DNA from: Aulosira sp. ZfuVER01
GTDB lineage: Bacteria; Cyanobacteriota; Cyanobacteriia; Cyanobacteriales; Nostocaceae
DNA: 64,000 nucleotides
Direction of reading: 5' to 3'
NCBI GenBank assembly: GCA_034530615.2
Contig: JAVRCV020000073.1
Coordinates: 160,001 to 224,000 of the forward strand
In this document: positions 48,632-59,149 of the stretch, one piece after another
Layout of the letters: each line of letters opens with the position of its first letter
How positions within the stretch are numbered: the stretch's first letter is position 1
Made by a program: the position numbers and the translations under genes
The notes under the pieces: model-generated
What the model saw: only the letters and a program-made list of their open reading frames with translations
The model's database searches: none
Told to the model about the DNA's origin: nothing

Positions 48632-50302
48632 TTACTGAGGCTGAATCTCGTTACTAAGAATTTTAATTTGCGTTCCAGGATAGTAAAATTGCAGAATTTT
48701 TGCGCTTGACCAACCTAGCTTCGCTAAGTTTTGCGCACCTGTTTGACTCAAGCCAACCCCATGTCCGAATCCCCCACCAATAAAGGCGTATCCCCACAGA
48801 CTTGATTTTCCTTTGTTGAGGGGTTGGATGTAAAATAGCGTGCTGATGGGAGCAGCAAAGGCGCTACGAACTTCGTCTTTATGTAAAGTAAAGACACCAA
48901 TATCAGTCTTCACAGCTAGGTCGAGAATACGTCCGCTATCAGAACGCTTGACTACAGACATAGCCTGAATAGTTTTAAATTTGCTGTAAGGGCTTTTTTT
49001 CACCTGCAAAAATTTCTGCAAACCCTTAGTAATATCTTCTAAGCTGGTTTCTTTACGCCAACGGAAAAGGTTCCAGTCGCTTTCATTAAATCCTTTTTGT
49101 AGGCTGATAAATTTCTGGAAGTTATTTTCATCGGCTAAATTTTGTTTAGACAAGTCCCAGATATTTATCGAAGCATCGACTACTGGCTTGAGATAGGGAC
49201 GATCCTCTCCATTCCAGACATCGCTAAAAGAAGCAGTCACACCGCCAGTTGTAGAAGAATAGAGAGCATCTACTAGCTGGTTTTGATAAGTTAATACCAT
49301 GCCTTTGGTTGCCGCGATCGCTCGATCTGTATTTTGAGCAACGCCATTTAGCCCAAAATAAACTTGGCAGTGAGTATCAGCACATAGTTCGTAATTATCT
49401 ACAGCAAATCTACGTACATTTCTTAAAACATAGGTGCGGGCAAGAATAGCCTGAGCTTCTACAGATGCTGTTGGTGCATTCGCACCAATTTCGTTAGGAA
49501 CAACCCCTCGCAAATATGTTTCTAATGGCACTTCATTAACTAAAGTATACGTACCATAAGCATTGGGCTGTAAGTTCATCTGACCGGCATAAAGACGACC
49601 ACTCTCTGGTTTTGCGGTTTTATTTACCCGAATCAAGTTTTTGTCACTGCTGATTTTGACATTATTCCGGCTGTAGCGTTTACCATTGATTACCCAACTG
49701 ACTCGCGGCAATTTTTGTGAAATTTTTGTATCCAGATATGCCGTATTCTGGTCAGGAGCTTGTAAGCCTTGCAATAGAAGTCTTCGCAGTAAGGGGGTGT
49801 TATAAACATCTCGTTTTGCCCAAACTTGCCAGCGTTCGGGTTGGGCTATTTCTACCTCTATTCCTTGAGAACGCCACTTTTGGGCACTATCTTCGGCGGT
49901 TTCAAAGGTACGGTAAATACCTAAAACTAAAACCTCATCAACTGCTGCTTGGGGTAAAGCTTGCATAGCTATTTCTAGCTTGAGGGGGTTTTGGGTAACT
50001 AAGGTTTGCTCTCTATTACCTGTTTTAAATCTCAGCTTTAGGCGATCGCCTTTTGTCGGTTCCAATTGCAGCTTGGCTGTGGGTTTTTCCCCAAATCTTT
50101 GGACAATCCCGATTTTTAAGACCACATCCTTCGTTTTGCTCTCAGTGCTTGATGCCGCAGTTAGTCCCAACAGACAAAATGCGATCGCTAGAGTACGGGA
50201 AAAATTCCAGTACGAAATTTTCTGAGAAACTTGATTCTGCCCCTGAGTACGGCGTTGGGGCGGATTTGCCAATTGCTTTGTAACGTAGTGGTTTTGTCGC
50301 AT
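48632..50302 (-). CDS. SpoIID/LytB-domain protein (amidase enhancer)
   Basis: LVNEVPLETYLRGVVPNE, AQAILARTY, CQVY and GHGVGLSQ..ILQFYY motifs; start uncertain (50302 or 50359). Confidence 0.9.
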   Translation of the reverse strand: MRQNHYVTKQLANPPQRRTQGQNQVSQKISYWNFSRTLAIAFCLLGLTAASSTESKTKDVVLKIGIVQRFGEKPTAKLQLEPTKGDRLKLRFKTGNREQTLVTQNPLKLEIAMQALPQAAVDEVLVLGIYRTFETAEDSAQKWRSQGIEVEIAQPERWQVWAKRDVYNTPLLRRLLLQGLQAPDQNTAYLDTKISQKLPRVSWVINGKRYSRNNVKISSDKNLIRVNKTAKPESGRLYAGQMNLQPNAYGTYTLVNEVPLETYLRGVVPNEIGANAPTASVEAQAILARTYVLRNVRRFAVDNYELCADTHCQVYFGLNGVAQNTDRAIAATKGMVLTYQNQLVDALYSSTTGGVTASFSDVWNGEDRPYLKPVVDASINIWDLSKQNLADENNFQKFISLQKGFNESDWNLFRWRKETSLEDITKGLQKFLQVKKSPYSKFKTIQAMSVVKRSDSGRILDLAVKTDIGVFTLHKDEVRSAFAAPISTLFYIQPLNKGKSSLWGYAFIGGGFGHGVGLSQTGAQNLAKLGWSSAKILQFYYPGTQIKILSNEIQPQ

Positions 50303-50412
50303 GAGTGCTCCAATGATACCATCAGCAGTTTTGCCCCAAAAGTTGCAAAACAAAGTCATAACGAGTATGATTTATGTATGGTCAAAAAAGGGAACTAGTT
50401 AGGAAAACCCTT

Positions 50413-50676
50413 ATGGTTAGAATCCAAGAAATACCACTCAATCAAATTAAGCGACCTTTGCCCCGGACAAACGATCCCAATAAAGTACAAGCTTTAATGG
50501 AATCGATTGCGGCGGTCGGGCAGCAAGAACCGATTGATGTCCTTGAAGTAGAAGGACTGTATTATGGCTTCTCTGGTTGCCATAGATATGAAGCATGTCA
50601 ACGTCTAGGCAAAGAAACAATCTTAGCTAGAGTCCGCAAAGCTCCTCGTAGCGTTCTCAAGATGCACCTAGCATGA
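50413..50676 (+). CDS. srxA: Sulfiredoxin
   Basis: GFSGCHR motif in a ParB/Srx fold; start set to ATG 50413. Confidence 0.9.
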   Translation: MVRIQEIPLNQIKRPLPRTNDPNKVQALMESIAAVGQQEPIDVLEVEGLYYGFSGCHRYEACQRLGKETILARVRKAPRSVLKMHLA

Positions 50677-50745
50677 GTTAATGTCAATAGAAAAAGCAAT
50701 AAGCCACAACAGACAACGAAATAAATAACTGATTAGGAGAAAATT

Positions 50746-51237
50746 ATGCCATCTAAACCAGAAAGTCTACCCCTGAATATCGGTATTGATGACGCCAGTA
50801 GAGCTAAAATTGCTGAAGGGTTGTCTCGGCTGTTGGCTGATACCTATACGCTGTACCTCAAAACTCATAATTTTCATTGGAATGTGACTGGGCCAATGTT
50901 CCAAACTTTGCACTTAATGTTCGAGACCCAGTATACAGAACTAGCTCTAGCAGTTGATTTGATTGCCGAACGAATTAGAGCGCTTGGTTATCCAGCACCC
51001 GGAACCTACAGCGAATTTGTCAAGCTTAGTTCAATTCCCGAAACTTCCGGAGTTCCTAAAGCTACAGAAATGATTCGCCTGCTAGTAGAAGGGCAAGAAG
51101 CCGTAGTCCGAACTGCGCGGTCTGTCTTTCCTGTCGTAGACGAAGTCAACGACGAACCCACTGCCGACTTGTTGACGCAACGGATGCAGGTACATGAAAA
51201 GACTGCTTGGATGCTGAGAAGTTTGCTGGAAGAATAA
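50746..51237 (+). CDS. dps: Dps-family DNA-protecting ferritin-like protein
   Basis: [27 protein letters not shown] and EKTAWML motifs; AGGAG RBS. Confidence 0.95.
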   Translation: MPSKPESLPLNIGIDDASRAKIAEGLSRLLADTYTLYLKTHNFHWNVTGPMFQTLHLMFETQYTELALAVDLIAERIRALGYPAPGTYSEFVKLSSIPETSGVPKATEMIRLLVEGQEAVVRTARSVFPVVDEVNDEPTADLLTQRMQVHEKTAWMLRSLLEE

Positions 51238-51242
51238 AGGTA

Positions 51243-51394
51243 GTGGGGACTGGGGACAAGGGAGTGTGGGGAGAGAGGGGAGTGTGGGGAGAAAGCAACC
51301 ATACTTAGTTCTTCCCCATCTTCCCACACCTCCCACACTTGTTGTTTGCCCAATCCCCAATGCCCAATCCCCAATACCCAATCCCCCATGCCCA
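51243..51394. repeat. Purine/pyrimidine short repeats and CCCAAT(C/G/A) STRR heptamers
   Basis: Visible directly; the tract runs into the start of the next CDS. Confidence 0.8.
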
Positions 51395-52080
51395 ATAATG
51401 ACTTCACCCATTTGTTGCAAGACTTAATGCAGCAAGTGGGTATTTTGAGTTTTAGAGCGTTGAGTCGTGCTGCTGGCGTGTCAGAGCGTCAAATTTTGCG
51501 CTTGCGGCAGGGAAAAGTAGAGCAGATGAGAGTGGATCTACTACTCAAGCTGTCGCAAGTGCTACAGATCAAATTGGATGAATTAGTCATAATTTTTTCA
51601 GGTATGAGTCCTGAAAGAAAATTAAAAACGGTAAAACTAGAAAAAGAGCAGCACTCAGTACTTAAAATGACTGAGCAAGAGTTATTACGACAAATTGCGG
51701 ATTTACAAGCAGAGTATGAGCGATCGCAGCTAGCACTAGAACAGCAGCGAGAGGTTTTGCAGCAAGAGTTTCAGCAGATGAGTTTGCAACTTTTAGAATC
51801 TTTGTTATTGCAATGGCCCACAGCAGCACAGAAAGCCCAAGAAAATCCCCAGCTAGCAGCTATAAAAATAGTGCCGTTGGTGCAAAAACCCCTAGAAAAA
51901 CTTTTACAAGGGTGGGGAGTAGAAGCGATCGCACCTGTAGGCGCAGAAATACCCTACGATCCTCAATGGCATCAATTAATGGAAGGCAATTTACAACCAG
52001 GCAATATAGTCAAGGTGCGTTATGCTGGCTATCGTCAAGGAGAGAAACTACTGTATCGAGCTAAAGTGAGTCCTATTTGA
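51388..52080 (+). CDS. XRE-type HTH + coiled-coil + GrpE-like C-terminal domain protein
   Basis: SFRALSRAAGVSERQILRL HTH; YDPQWHQ...VKVRYAGY.QGEKLLYRAKV GrpE-like head; start set to ATG 51388. Confidence 0.8.
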   Translation: MPNNDFTHLLQDLMQQVGILSFRALSRAAGVSERQILRLRQGKVEQMRVDLLLKLSQVLQIKLDELVIIFSGMSPERKLKTVKLEKEQHSVLKMTEQELLRQIADLQAEYERSQLALEQQREVLQQEFQQMSLQLLESLLLQWPTAAQKAQENPQLAAIKIVPLVQKPLEKLLQGWGVEAIAPVGAEIPYDPQWHQLMEGNLQPGNIVKVRYAGYRQGEKLLYRAKVSPI

Positions 52081-52149
52081 GCAGGGAAACACTAGATCCA
52101 GCAATTTCTATCTGAGGTGTTAAAAAAAACCTAAAATGTGGGAACTCTA

Positions 52150-52299
52150 TTAGTATGAAAGACTATCTCCTGCAAAGAGTTTTTCATCTAAAAACCCGAT
52201 AAACAGGAATTTGGGCATGGACAGGACTGACGCAAAACCTTTGTTAAACTGTGATTTCCACCTTGGGAAAGTTCTCTTAGCCTGTGGCAAGTTGCTCAT
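52150..52299 (-). CDS. Possible 49-aa small protein
   Basis: ATG 52299 after AAAGGG; MSNLPQAKRTFPRWKSQFNKGFASVLSMPKFLFIGFLDEKLFAGDSLSY*. Below the ORF-track size cutoff. Confidence 0.3.
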   Translation of the reverse strand: MSNLPQAKRTFPRWKSQFNKGFASVLSMPKFLFIGFLDEKLFAGDSLSY

Positions 52300-52805
52300 A
52301 GATCCCTTTGCTCTTCATAGGAAATACACAGGCACAAATTAGGAAAATTTCAGCTACACCAATCAGAACAAGACATAGAACTCGCTTTTCTCTAACTTCA
52401 GCAGACATGAAATCTGCTGCCAGTCATTCATTAGATATAGCCAAATTAAATACAGCAGATTTTGTCTGGAAAGTATAGACACCTTGAGTTAGTAGGAAAT
52501 AAAACTTTTTCTCTACTAAGATGTATTGTGCATTACTAAGGAGTGCTATATGTTGTTCTCATACTAAATTTCCATAGCTAACGATGGAGAGTTATTGCGC
52601 CGAGTTAATTGTTGATTATTTAATAATTGGTAGTTATAGATTCAGATTTTGTTGATATTTATAATTCATAATTTATAACTTATCAGTTAGGATTAGGAGT
52701 TTATAACTTTACTTTATATGACTCTAGGATTTATCAAATGAATAATGATTGATATATAATACGTCATATTCAGAAAATCTTTTTTGACAAAATTTAAGGA
52801 ATCTC

Positions 52806-53135
52806 ATGTCACAATCAGAAGTACAAGTTATTAAACTCAGTGGAATTATCAATTCAGCTACTTCCCAAGAATTACGTCAAAAACTCACTGAATTAATAGA
52901 AAAAGGCGCAAAAACTGTGTTAATTGATTTTCAAGATGTGACGTTTATGGATAGTTCTGGGCTAGGAGCTTTAGTGTTAGGTTTCAAAACATTAAGAGCA
53001 GCAAATAGCAAGCTGGTACTTTGCTCGATTAATGAGCAAGTAAGGATATTATTTGAATTGACTAGTATGGATAAAGTATTTGAAATATTTCCAAGTCAAG
53101 ATGAATTCTACCAAACAGTACTCTCAAAAGCTTAA
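52806..53135 (+). CDS. Anti-sigma factor antagonist (STAS domain)
   Basis: IDFQDVTFMDSSGLGAL phosphoacceptor motif; AAGGA RBS. Confidence 0.92.
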   Translation: MSQSEVQVIKLSGIINSATSQELRQKLTELIEKGAKTVLIDFQDVTFMDSSGLGALVLGFKTLRAANSKLVLCSINEQVRILFELTSMDKVFEIFPSQDEFYQTVLSKA

Positions 53136-54272
53136 TTAATTGAATTTAATTTCAAGAATGGATAAATCATCCTCAAAAGCTTCTTGAAAATTCAAAGCCA
53201 TGAGATAGTTTAAGATTTGGTCAAGATGGGAATCTACTTTAGTTTGTACACTAATGAGTAGCTGAATAAATGCATCTAAGCTCCAAAGTGTTCCGTCTGA
53301 TTTAGTAATTTCATAAGCGCCATCACTGAAAATATAAAGAGTACTGGATGTTTTAATATTGCAAAACCCATCAATATATTTTGCTTCGGGAAACATCCCA
53401 ACTGGTATGCCAGGGGTTCTCAAAATTTCAACTTCAGTATTCTTTAAACGTTCACCAGATAACAATATTGCTGGCGGATGTCCAGCACTAGCGTAAATTA
53501 ACTCTCGCTTAACTTTGTTATACACTCCATACCAGATAGTAAAGTATTTATCATTTTGATAATTAATCTGGAAGGTGTCATTTAAAGCTTTCAAGACATC
53601 GCTTGGTTGATAGTAATTGAGATTGCCAAGAGCACGCGATCGCAGTAAATTTAATACCGAAATTGAAGGAAGAGTAGCTTTAAGTCCGTGTCCGGCAGTA
53701 TCTAATAGGTAAATTGCTAAACAATCTTTATCCAGCCAGTAGTAATCAAAACAGTCGCCACCAAGTTGACGTGAGGGAAAAAATCGGTAATTGATACTCA
53801 AGGGTTCGGTAATAGGAAGAGGTAGAAGCGATCGCACATATTCTGCGGCTTCTGCCAATTCAGCTTCTAAAAGCTGCTTTTGAATTTGTAAATCCCGACT
53901 TAAAATATGTAGACGCAATCCTGCTCTTACCCGTGCTTGTAATTCGTTCTGTTCAATAGGTTTAGAGATAAAATCGTCTGCACCAGCATCCAAACCCTTG
54001 ACGCGATCGGCAACTGAATCCAAAGAAGTTAATAAAATAAAGAAGATAGTAGACAATTTAGGATCTGTTTTAATCCGATGGCAGACTTCTAAACCATTCA
54101 AACCGGGCATAATCCAATCACAAATAATTAGTGCCGGATGACAAGCTAGAATCTGGCTAATTCCTTCCTCACCATTAGTAGCAGTGACTACTTGATAACC
54201 CTGTTTTTCTAACATCCTTTTTAGGAGTATTAATATGGAACTATCATCATCAATTACTAAGATTTTAAACAT
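53136..54272 (-). CDS. Response regulator with SpoIIE/PP2C phosphatase output (RsbU-like)
   Basis: REC domain (IDDD, CDWIMP, SKP) plus GGDCFD, DTAGHG, SAGHPP, SDG and DDLS motifs; start set to ATG 54272. Confidence 0.92.
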   Translation of the reverse strand: MFKILVIDDDSSILILLKRMLEKQGYQVVTATNGEEGISQILACHPALIICDWIMPGLNGLEVCHRIKTDPKLSTIFFILLTSLDSVADRVKGLDAGADDFISKPIEQNELQARVRAGLRLHILSRDLQIQKQLLEAELAEAAEYVRSLLPLPITEPLSINYRFFPSRQLGGDCFDYYWLDKDCLAIYLLDTAGHGLKATLPSISVLNLLRSRALGNLNYYQPSDVLKALNDTFQINYQNDKYFTIWYGVYNKVKRELIYASAGHPPAILLSGERLKNTEVEILRTPGIPVGMFPEAKYIDGFCNIKTSSTLYIFSDGAYEITKSDGTLWSLDAFIQLLISVQTKVDSHLDQILNYLMALNFQEAFEDDLSILEIKFN

Positions 54273-54379
54273 AGGGAACAGCAAGGAAAACTGATTAGGT
54301 TCGATACCCTCAAGGCTATCGCTACACGTACAAAGTTTGTCTACGCAGGCTTTGTTGGTATAACCCCACTCTGCCAGCT

Positions 54380-54473
54380 ACAGTGTACACACAAGTCCTA
54401 TTGTCCTCAGGCTTGGAGCCAGAGGGGCTTCAACGCACAGGTTGGGAATTTTTCTGACTTGTGTATACACCGT
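54380..54473. mobile_element. MITE-like element with 18-bp TIR
   Basis: ACAGTGTACACACAAGTC ... GACTTGTGTATACACCGT (16/18). Confidence 0.65.
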
Positions 54474-54536
54474 CTGCTCTTTCAGAGAGGGCGTAATATT
54501 TTCAAAACTTTATTCCTGTTTAATAGCCATAAAATA

Positions 54537-55304
54537 TTATGGCTTTGAAAGAGGATTCAGCCACAAGAGCATAGCAGTTTTAAGTTGGTTCAAGTCACGA
54601 TATGCTTCTTGCTTAAACCATTGCCCTAATGCATCAAAAGGAGTAAAAGATGCTCCGGTTTGCCATTTAATATCTTGGCCTAAAGGTGTAGTATGCGTTC
54701 CTGGCAAGGTTTGTACCGTCACCATCTCTGGAAAGCGTTCTTGTAAGATTTGGCTTAGAGCTTTTGATTGGTCAAGGGTATCATTGCTAAATCTTATCAA
54801 TAAGTTGCGACGGACATTGTAGCGTTCTTGCACCAGCTTGTTAGTTTCCAATGGGGTAGGGGTAAACTCAATTGCTAAAGCAGAATTTAACTGTTCTACT
54901 AAGGGAATAGCATCTCTAGCAGCGTAGTTGTTGAAAGATATAAGAATATTACCTGCACGTTCTACGTCAAAGACACTACCAATTAATAAATGGAGTTTGC
55001 AACCCATGCTGTGTCCTACACCGTAGACAGGAAGGTAGAGCTTGCGTAATGCTGAAGAGTCATGTAGACGCTCTAAAGTGCGCTCAAAGTTTAGCAGTAC
55101 AGATTTAGCGATCGCAACATGATCCAGGGTATTCACAAAAGGGGTGGCAATCACAACATACCCTTTAGTTGCCAGTTGCTCGAGTACCCAACGGTAAGTT
55201 AGGTGAGGTGCAGTAGCCACGAATGCACCTCCTAAGAAATGGATGATACCGATGGGATTTCGGGGAATCAGTACCCAGTTACCGCGAATTTCTTTCCAGT
55301 CCAT
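54537..55304 (-). CDS. DUF1350-family alpha/beta-hydrolase-like protein
   Basis: HFLGGAFVATAPHLTYR and GVGHSMGCKLHLL motifs; start set to ATG 55304. Confidence 0.85.
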   Translation of the reverse strand: MDWKEIRGNWVLIPRNPIGIIHFLGGAFVATAPHLTYRWVLEQLATKGYVVIATPFVNTLDHVAIAKSVLLNFERTLERLHDSSALRKLYLPVYGVGHSMGCKLHLLIGSVFDVERAGNILISFNNYAARDAIPLVEQLNSALAIEFTPTPLETNKLVQERYNVRRNLLIRFSNDTLDQSKALSQILQERFPEMVTVQTLPGTHTTPLGQDIKWQTGASFTPFDALGQWFKQEAYRDLNQLKTAMLLWLNPLSKP

Positions 55305-55373
55305 GCCGATAGGCGATCGCTTAATTAACACATCTTTATGTTAGACCAGCGATCGCAGTCCTGGAATACTTTA

Positions 55374-56093
55374 TTAAGACTGACTCTGTAACCTTTTCAT
55401 TTCGTGCTGTACATCTAAGGCAATCTGTAATGCTTCATTGAGTATACGTCCATGCTCAGTCGCCTGTTCGGTAACTTGCATTGCTGTTAAATTTGCTAAA
55501 TTATTGTCAAAGAATTCGCTATTACTGATAATAAAGTTTTTATTTTCTCTCAAAATCTTTTCTGTTTTTAAAGCACGTACCAAATCATTTCTAGTAAGTT
55601 TAAGTGCTTCAATAACTCTTTGTCTTTCACGAATACTCACACCTGCGTTTCCAGCATCTTCTATTTGATCGTTAATATCTATGGCTTTAATAATGGCATT
55701 ATATCTATCAACATCGTTTAATAGAATTCGCAAAGAATGTGTCAGATTTGCTTTGAGAATTTTACTGCGTTTTTTCCAAACTAAATATAAACCTATTTGT
55801 GTAACTCCCCCAACCCATAAGCCTAAAACCATCAATACTAGCCAAGATGGAACTGTTAGCCATAAATCAAATAGCTTGATAATAAAATCAAATATTAGAT
55901 AAGCGGCAACCAAGATAGAAAAACTGATAAAAACTACGGTAGCGCCTTCAGTTCCTTTAATTTTTTCTATAACTTGCTTTACAAATCGCCCTAGAGGATT
56001 AATGATATTTACGAGTTCATCTTTAACAGGTAGATTAGTCAGGTTTTGTAGCTCTTTGGGACTAATCTCCAACCCTTGTAAATCATCCCGCAC
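55374..56093 (-). CDS. Hypothetical two-TM protein with coiled C-terminus
   Basis: Two TM segments; GTG 56093 follows GAGGTGGGG. Confidence 0.75.
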   Translation of the reverse strand: MRDDLQGLEISPKELQNLTNLPVKDELVNIINPLGRFVKQVIEKIKGTEGATVVFISFSILVAAYLIFDFIIKLFDLWLTVPSWLVLMVLGLWVGGVTQIGLYLVWKKRSKILKANLTHSLRILLNDVDRYNAIIKAIDINDQIEDAGNAGVSIRERQRVIEALKLTRNDLVRALKTEKILRENKNFIISNSEFFDNNLANLTAMQVTEQATEHGRILNEALQIALDVQHEMKRLQSQS

Positions 56094-57228
56094 AGTTTTC
56101 CCCACCTCACTAGAATAGTTATTTAGTACAATATAGCAATCTAATTTCTGGAATGCTAATAGCAAAAAGCGTTTTGTGGAAAATTTATAAGAATTGATTT
56201 TTGTACGTTAAGATACTCTTTTTTTAAGTAGTTGCTTATACCTTAATAATAGGCGTAAGCCAACCGATTAAGTAATATATCGACACAAAGTATATTCAAA
56301 CTGAAATTAGATTTATATAGAAATATCAATTTTAAAAATGATGGTAACAGATGAGTTTACATAACCCAAACGCAGAAACATTTCCCAATCCAAAATCAGT
56401 ATTGAAGAGTTCAGATGCCTGCGGCAAGACGCTACTCTACGAGAACGACTTCGTCGAACGCGTCTACGCCGGAAGCAGGCGCTCTGACTTTTCGCAAAAT
56501 CCAAAATTGTATAATCTCCAATCTTGCTAAATAAATGACTCTAGAATCTGAAATTTAGCTTTACAAGTTACAGCCAATCAGAACGCCCGCTGTTGTTAAT
56601 GTTTTAACTTGCCAGCACCAGGAGTCATGAGTGGTTGCTAATTTAAGGTATCCCTTGTCAGAGGGTTATGCCTTTCCATTGTAACCAGCCAACTGCCTAG
56701 GAGCAATGCTTACTGTTAACTACACTTAATAATTAATATCGTTAGCACAAAATTGCTATGGAATAAATTGTCATCAAGAAATCGGAATAAATGTACGATA
56801 TTGATTAAAGGATTAACAGTATTAAAAAATAGTACGCTCATAAATTAATATCTCGTTTCAGGAGGAATGTAGTGCCATAACTTAGCTAATAGCCAGAATT
56901 TGTTAGTCAATGTAGCAACGAATGTATAATTTCCCAGAAAAGACTGAAGTAATTTGAAACTAGTATGAATTTTCTGTTCCATCTAAATGTCACTAGTAAT
57001 ATTTATTTTAGTTACTAAATCTCTAAATTCTGAATTTTACAATATAGAATAAGATGCGTGAAATTAACAGTTTGTTTCCCTAAATCAAGCTAAATGTAAG
57101 TACTACAATTGATGCACCTTCAGAAAATCCGCGATGGCTTCGCCAAAGCCTTCTCTGCGAGATGCTACGCATAGCTTGCTCCCCCATAGGGTTACGGCTA
57201 ACGCACTCCACAATTACTGAGGTGAACG

Positions 57229-57465
57229 ATGATTAAGATTGACGTTGCATCTGGCAGCTTATTTTTATCTGTACTCATGGTATGGATGCACGTCATGAGT
57301 GAAATCAAAAAAACCCTAGTACCGCTGCCGAGTAAGTCAAAAGGAGTAGTGCTTTGGGAAACTACTGCGTTGGACATGGTTCCCGACTTGTTCGCTGTAC
57401 TGCCAAGCAGAACCCTTTCACCGTTAGGCGTTCTCGTTCTCTCAAATAAGGTTGCCGCAGGGTAG
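57229..57465 (+). CDS. Possible small protein; 3' part overlaps repeat DNA
   Basis: GAGGTG 4 nt before ATG; hydrophobic N-terminus followed by VPLPSKSKGVVLWE. Confidence 0.4.
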   Translation: MIKIDVASGSLFLSVLMVWMHVMSEIKKTLVPLPSKSKGVVLWETTALDMVPDLFAVLPSRTLSPLGVLVLSNKVAAG

Positions 57466-57755
57466 CAACTGCTGTCACATGACGTTCCAAAAACCTTTAT
57501 TCGAGGCTTTTGTACTGTTTTCTAAAAGCAAAGGATGAGACCAGACTGGGAAAAAGAAGTCACAAGGAAGATTATTCAACCCAAGTCATGGGATCTTGAT
57601 TTAGATTGTACTGTTCTATTAGTAAGGCAACTTCCAGAAATAATTACTCAAAATCATATATCAAATACATTTAATCTGGGGTTTGTTGTTCAATAAGATC
57701 TATCAACGCTGGTACATATGTAAAGATTAAAGTGAGGACTTAGACGAGTCATACT

Positions 57756-59141
57756 ATGTTAGGAAGTTTACTAGACGGGCGTTATCAAGTCCTCCAAGTC
57801 CTCGGAGGAGGAGGATTTGGTCAAACATATATTGCCCAAGACACTCACCGACCAGGTTCTCCCAGGTGTGTTGTCAAGCATCTCAAACCCTTCACTCAAA
57901 ACCCTGAATTCCTCTCAACCGCCAGACGATTATTTACCAGCGAGGCAGAAACACTCGAAAAATTGGGTCATCATGACCAAATTCCTCGGCTTTTAGCGTA
58001 CTTTGAAGAAAATCAAGAGTTCTTCTTGGTGCAAGAATTCATTCAAGGATATTCGCTGAAAGTAGAATTATTACCTGGTAGACGGTGGACAGAAGAACAA
58101 GTTGTTCAACTACTTCACCAAGTATTGAGTATCTTGGAATTTGTTCACAGCCACAAAGTTATCCATAGAGATATCAAACCGGACAATATTATTAGACGAC
58201 AAAATGACTGCAAGTTAGTATTGATTGATTTTGGTGCAGTCAAGCAAATTCAAACTCAACTAAGAACAGCTATTTCAGGGCACATAGAAACTACTATTGC
58301 TATTGGCACCCCTGGATATATGGCTACAGAACAGGGACAAGGCAAACCCCGTCCCAACAGTGATATTTATTCTTTAGGCATTATTGCTATTCAAGCATTG
58401 ACCGGGTTGCATCCTAGACAACTTCAGGAAGACCCCAATACAGGAGAAATTTGCTGGCAAAATGAAGCTAACGTTAGCCCTTGTTTAGCATCTGTGCTGT
58501 CCAAGATGGTGCTATACCATTTTAAAGAACGCTACCAATCTGCTACAGAAGTATTAGAGGCATTACGAAGTATTGATATTGATACTGAAGTAGAAAATCA
58601 ATTTACTCAACCTCCAATATCTGCGATTGAGTTACCCCAAGCTTCATTCCCCCAACAGAATACAGCAGGCCAGTCAACAGCTTCTATCCTGAATCCAGAA
58701 CAGTATAAGCATTTAGAAAAGATGCTCTTGGAACTAGTAGGGCCTTTAGCACCAACTTTATTAAGGAAAATAGCAGCATCAGCCAGCAGTTACGAAGACG
58801 TAATAGACAATTTGACACAGCATCTTGCAGGAAACCAAAAAACTGAGTTTCAGGAGAAGTCTAGGTTAATTCTTCGGGAAACTACTAGCCAATCTGAATC
58901 TAAACAAAATATTCAACCAAATAAAGAAACCCCAGCCATTAATAATAGCTTTGTACGTCGATGCGAACAAGAATTAGTGGATCTAATTGGGCCAATAGGC
59001 ACATTCTTAGTTCAAAAAGCAATCAAATCTTTTCCGCAAATTTCTCATCCAGAACTTGTCAAACTGTTGTCATCACAAATTCCCGATCCGCAAAAAGCCA
59101 TGCAATTTCAGCAGCGTCTAATTTCTGAGAGTGGCAAATGA
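57756..59141 (+). CDS. Ser/Thr protein kinase with two C-terminal helical repeats
   Basis: GGGGFG, VVK, HRDIKPDN, DFG and GTPGY motifs; repeats LEKMLLELVGPLAPTLLRK and CEQELVDLIGPIGTFLVQK; no TM. Confidence 0.92.
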   Translation: MLGSLLDGRYQVLQVLGGGGFGQTYIAQDTHRPGSPRCVVKHLKPFTQNPEFLSTARRLFTSEAETLEKLGHHDQIPRLLAYFEENQEFFLVQEFIQGYSLKVELLPGRRWTEEQVVQLLHQVLSILEFVHSHKVIHRDIKPDNIIRRQNDCKLVLIDFGAVKQIQTQLRTAISGHIETTIAIGTPGYMATEQGQGKPRPNSDIYSLGIIAIQALTGLHPRQLQEDPNTGEICWQNEANVSPCLASVLSKMVLYHFKERYQSATEVLEALRSIDIDTEVENQFTQPPISAIELPQASFPQQNTAGQSTASILNPEQYKHLEKMLLELVGPLAPTLLRKIAASASSYEDVIDNLTQHLAGNQKTEFQEKSRLILRETTSQSESKQNIQPNKETPAINNSFVRRCEQELVDLIGPIGTFLVQKAIKSFPQISHPELVKLLSSQIPDPQKAMQFQQRLISESGK

Positions 59142-59149
59142 TTTAATAT

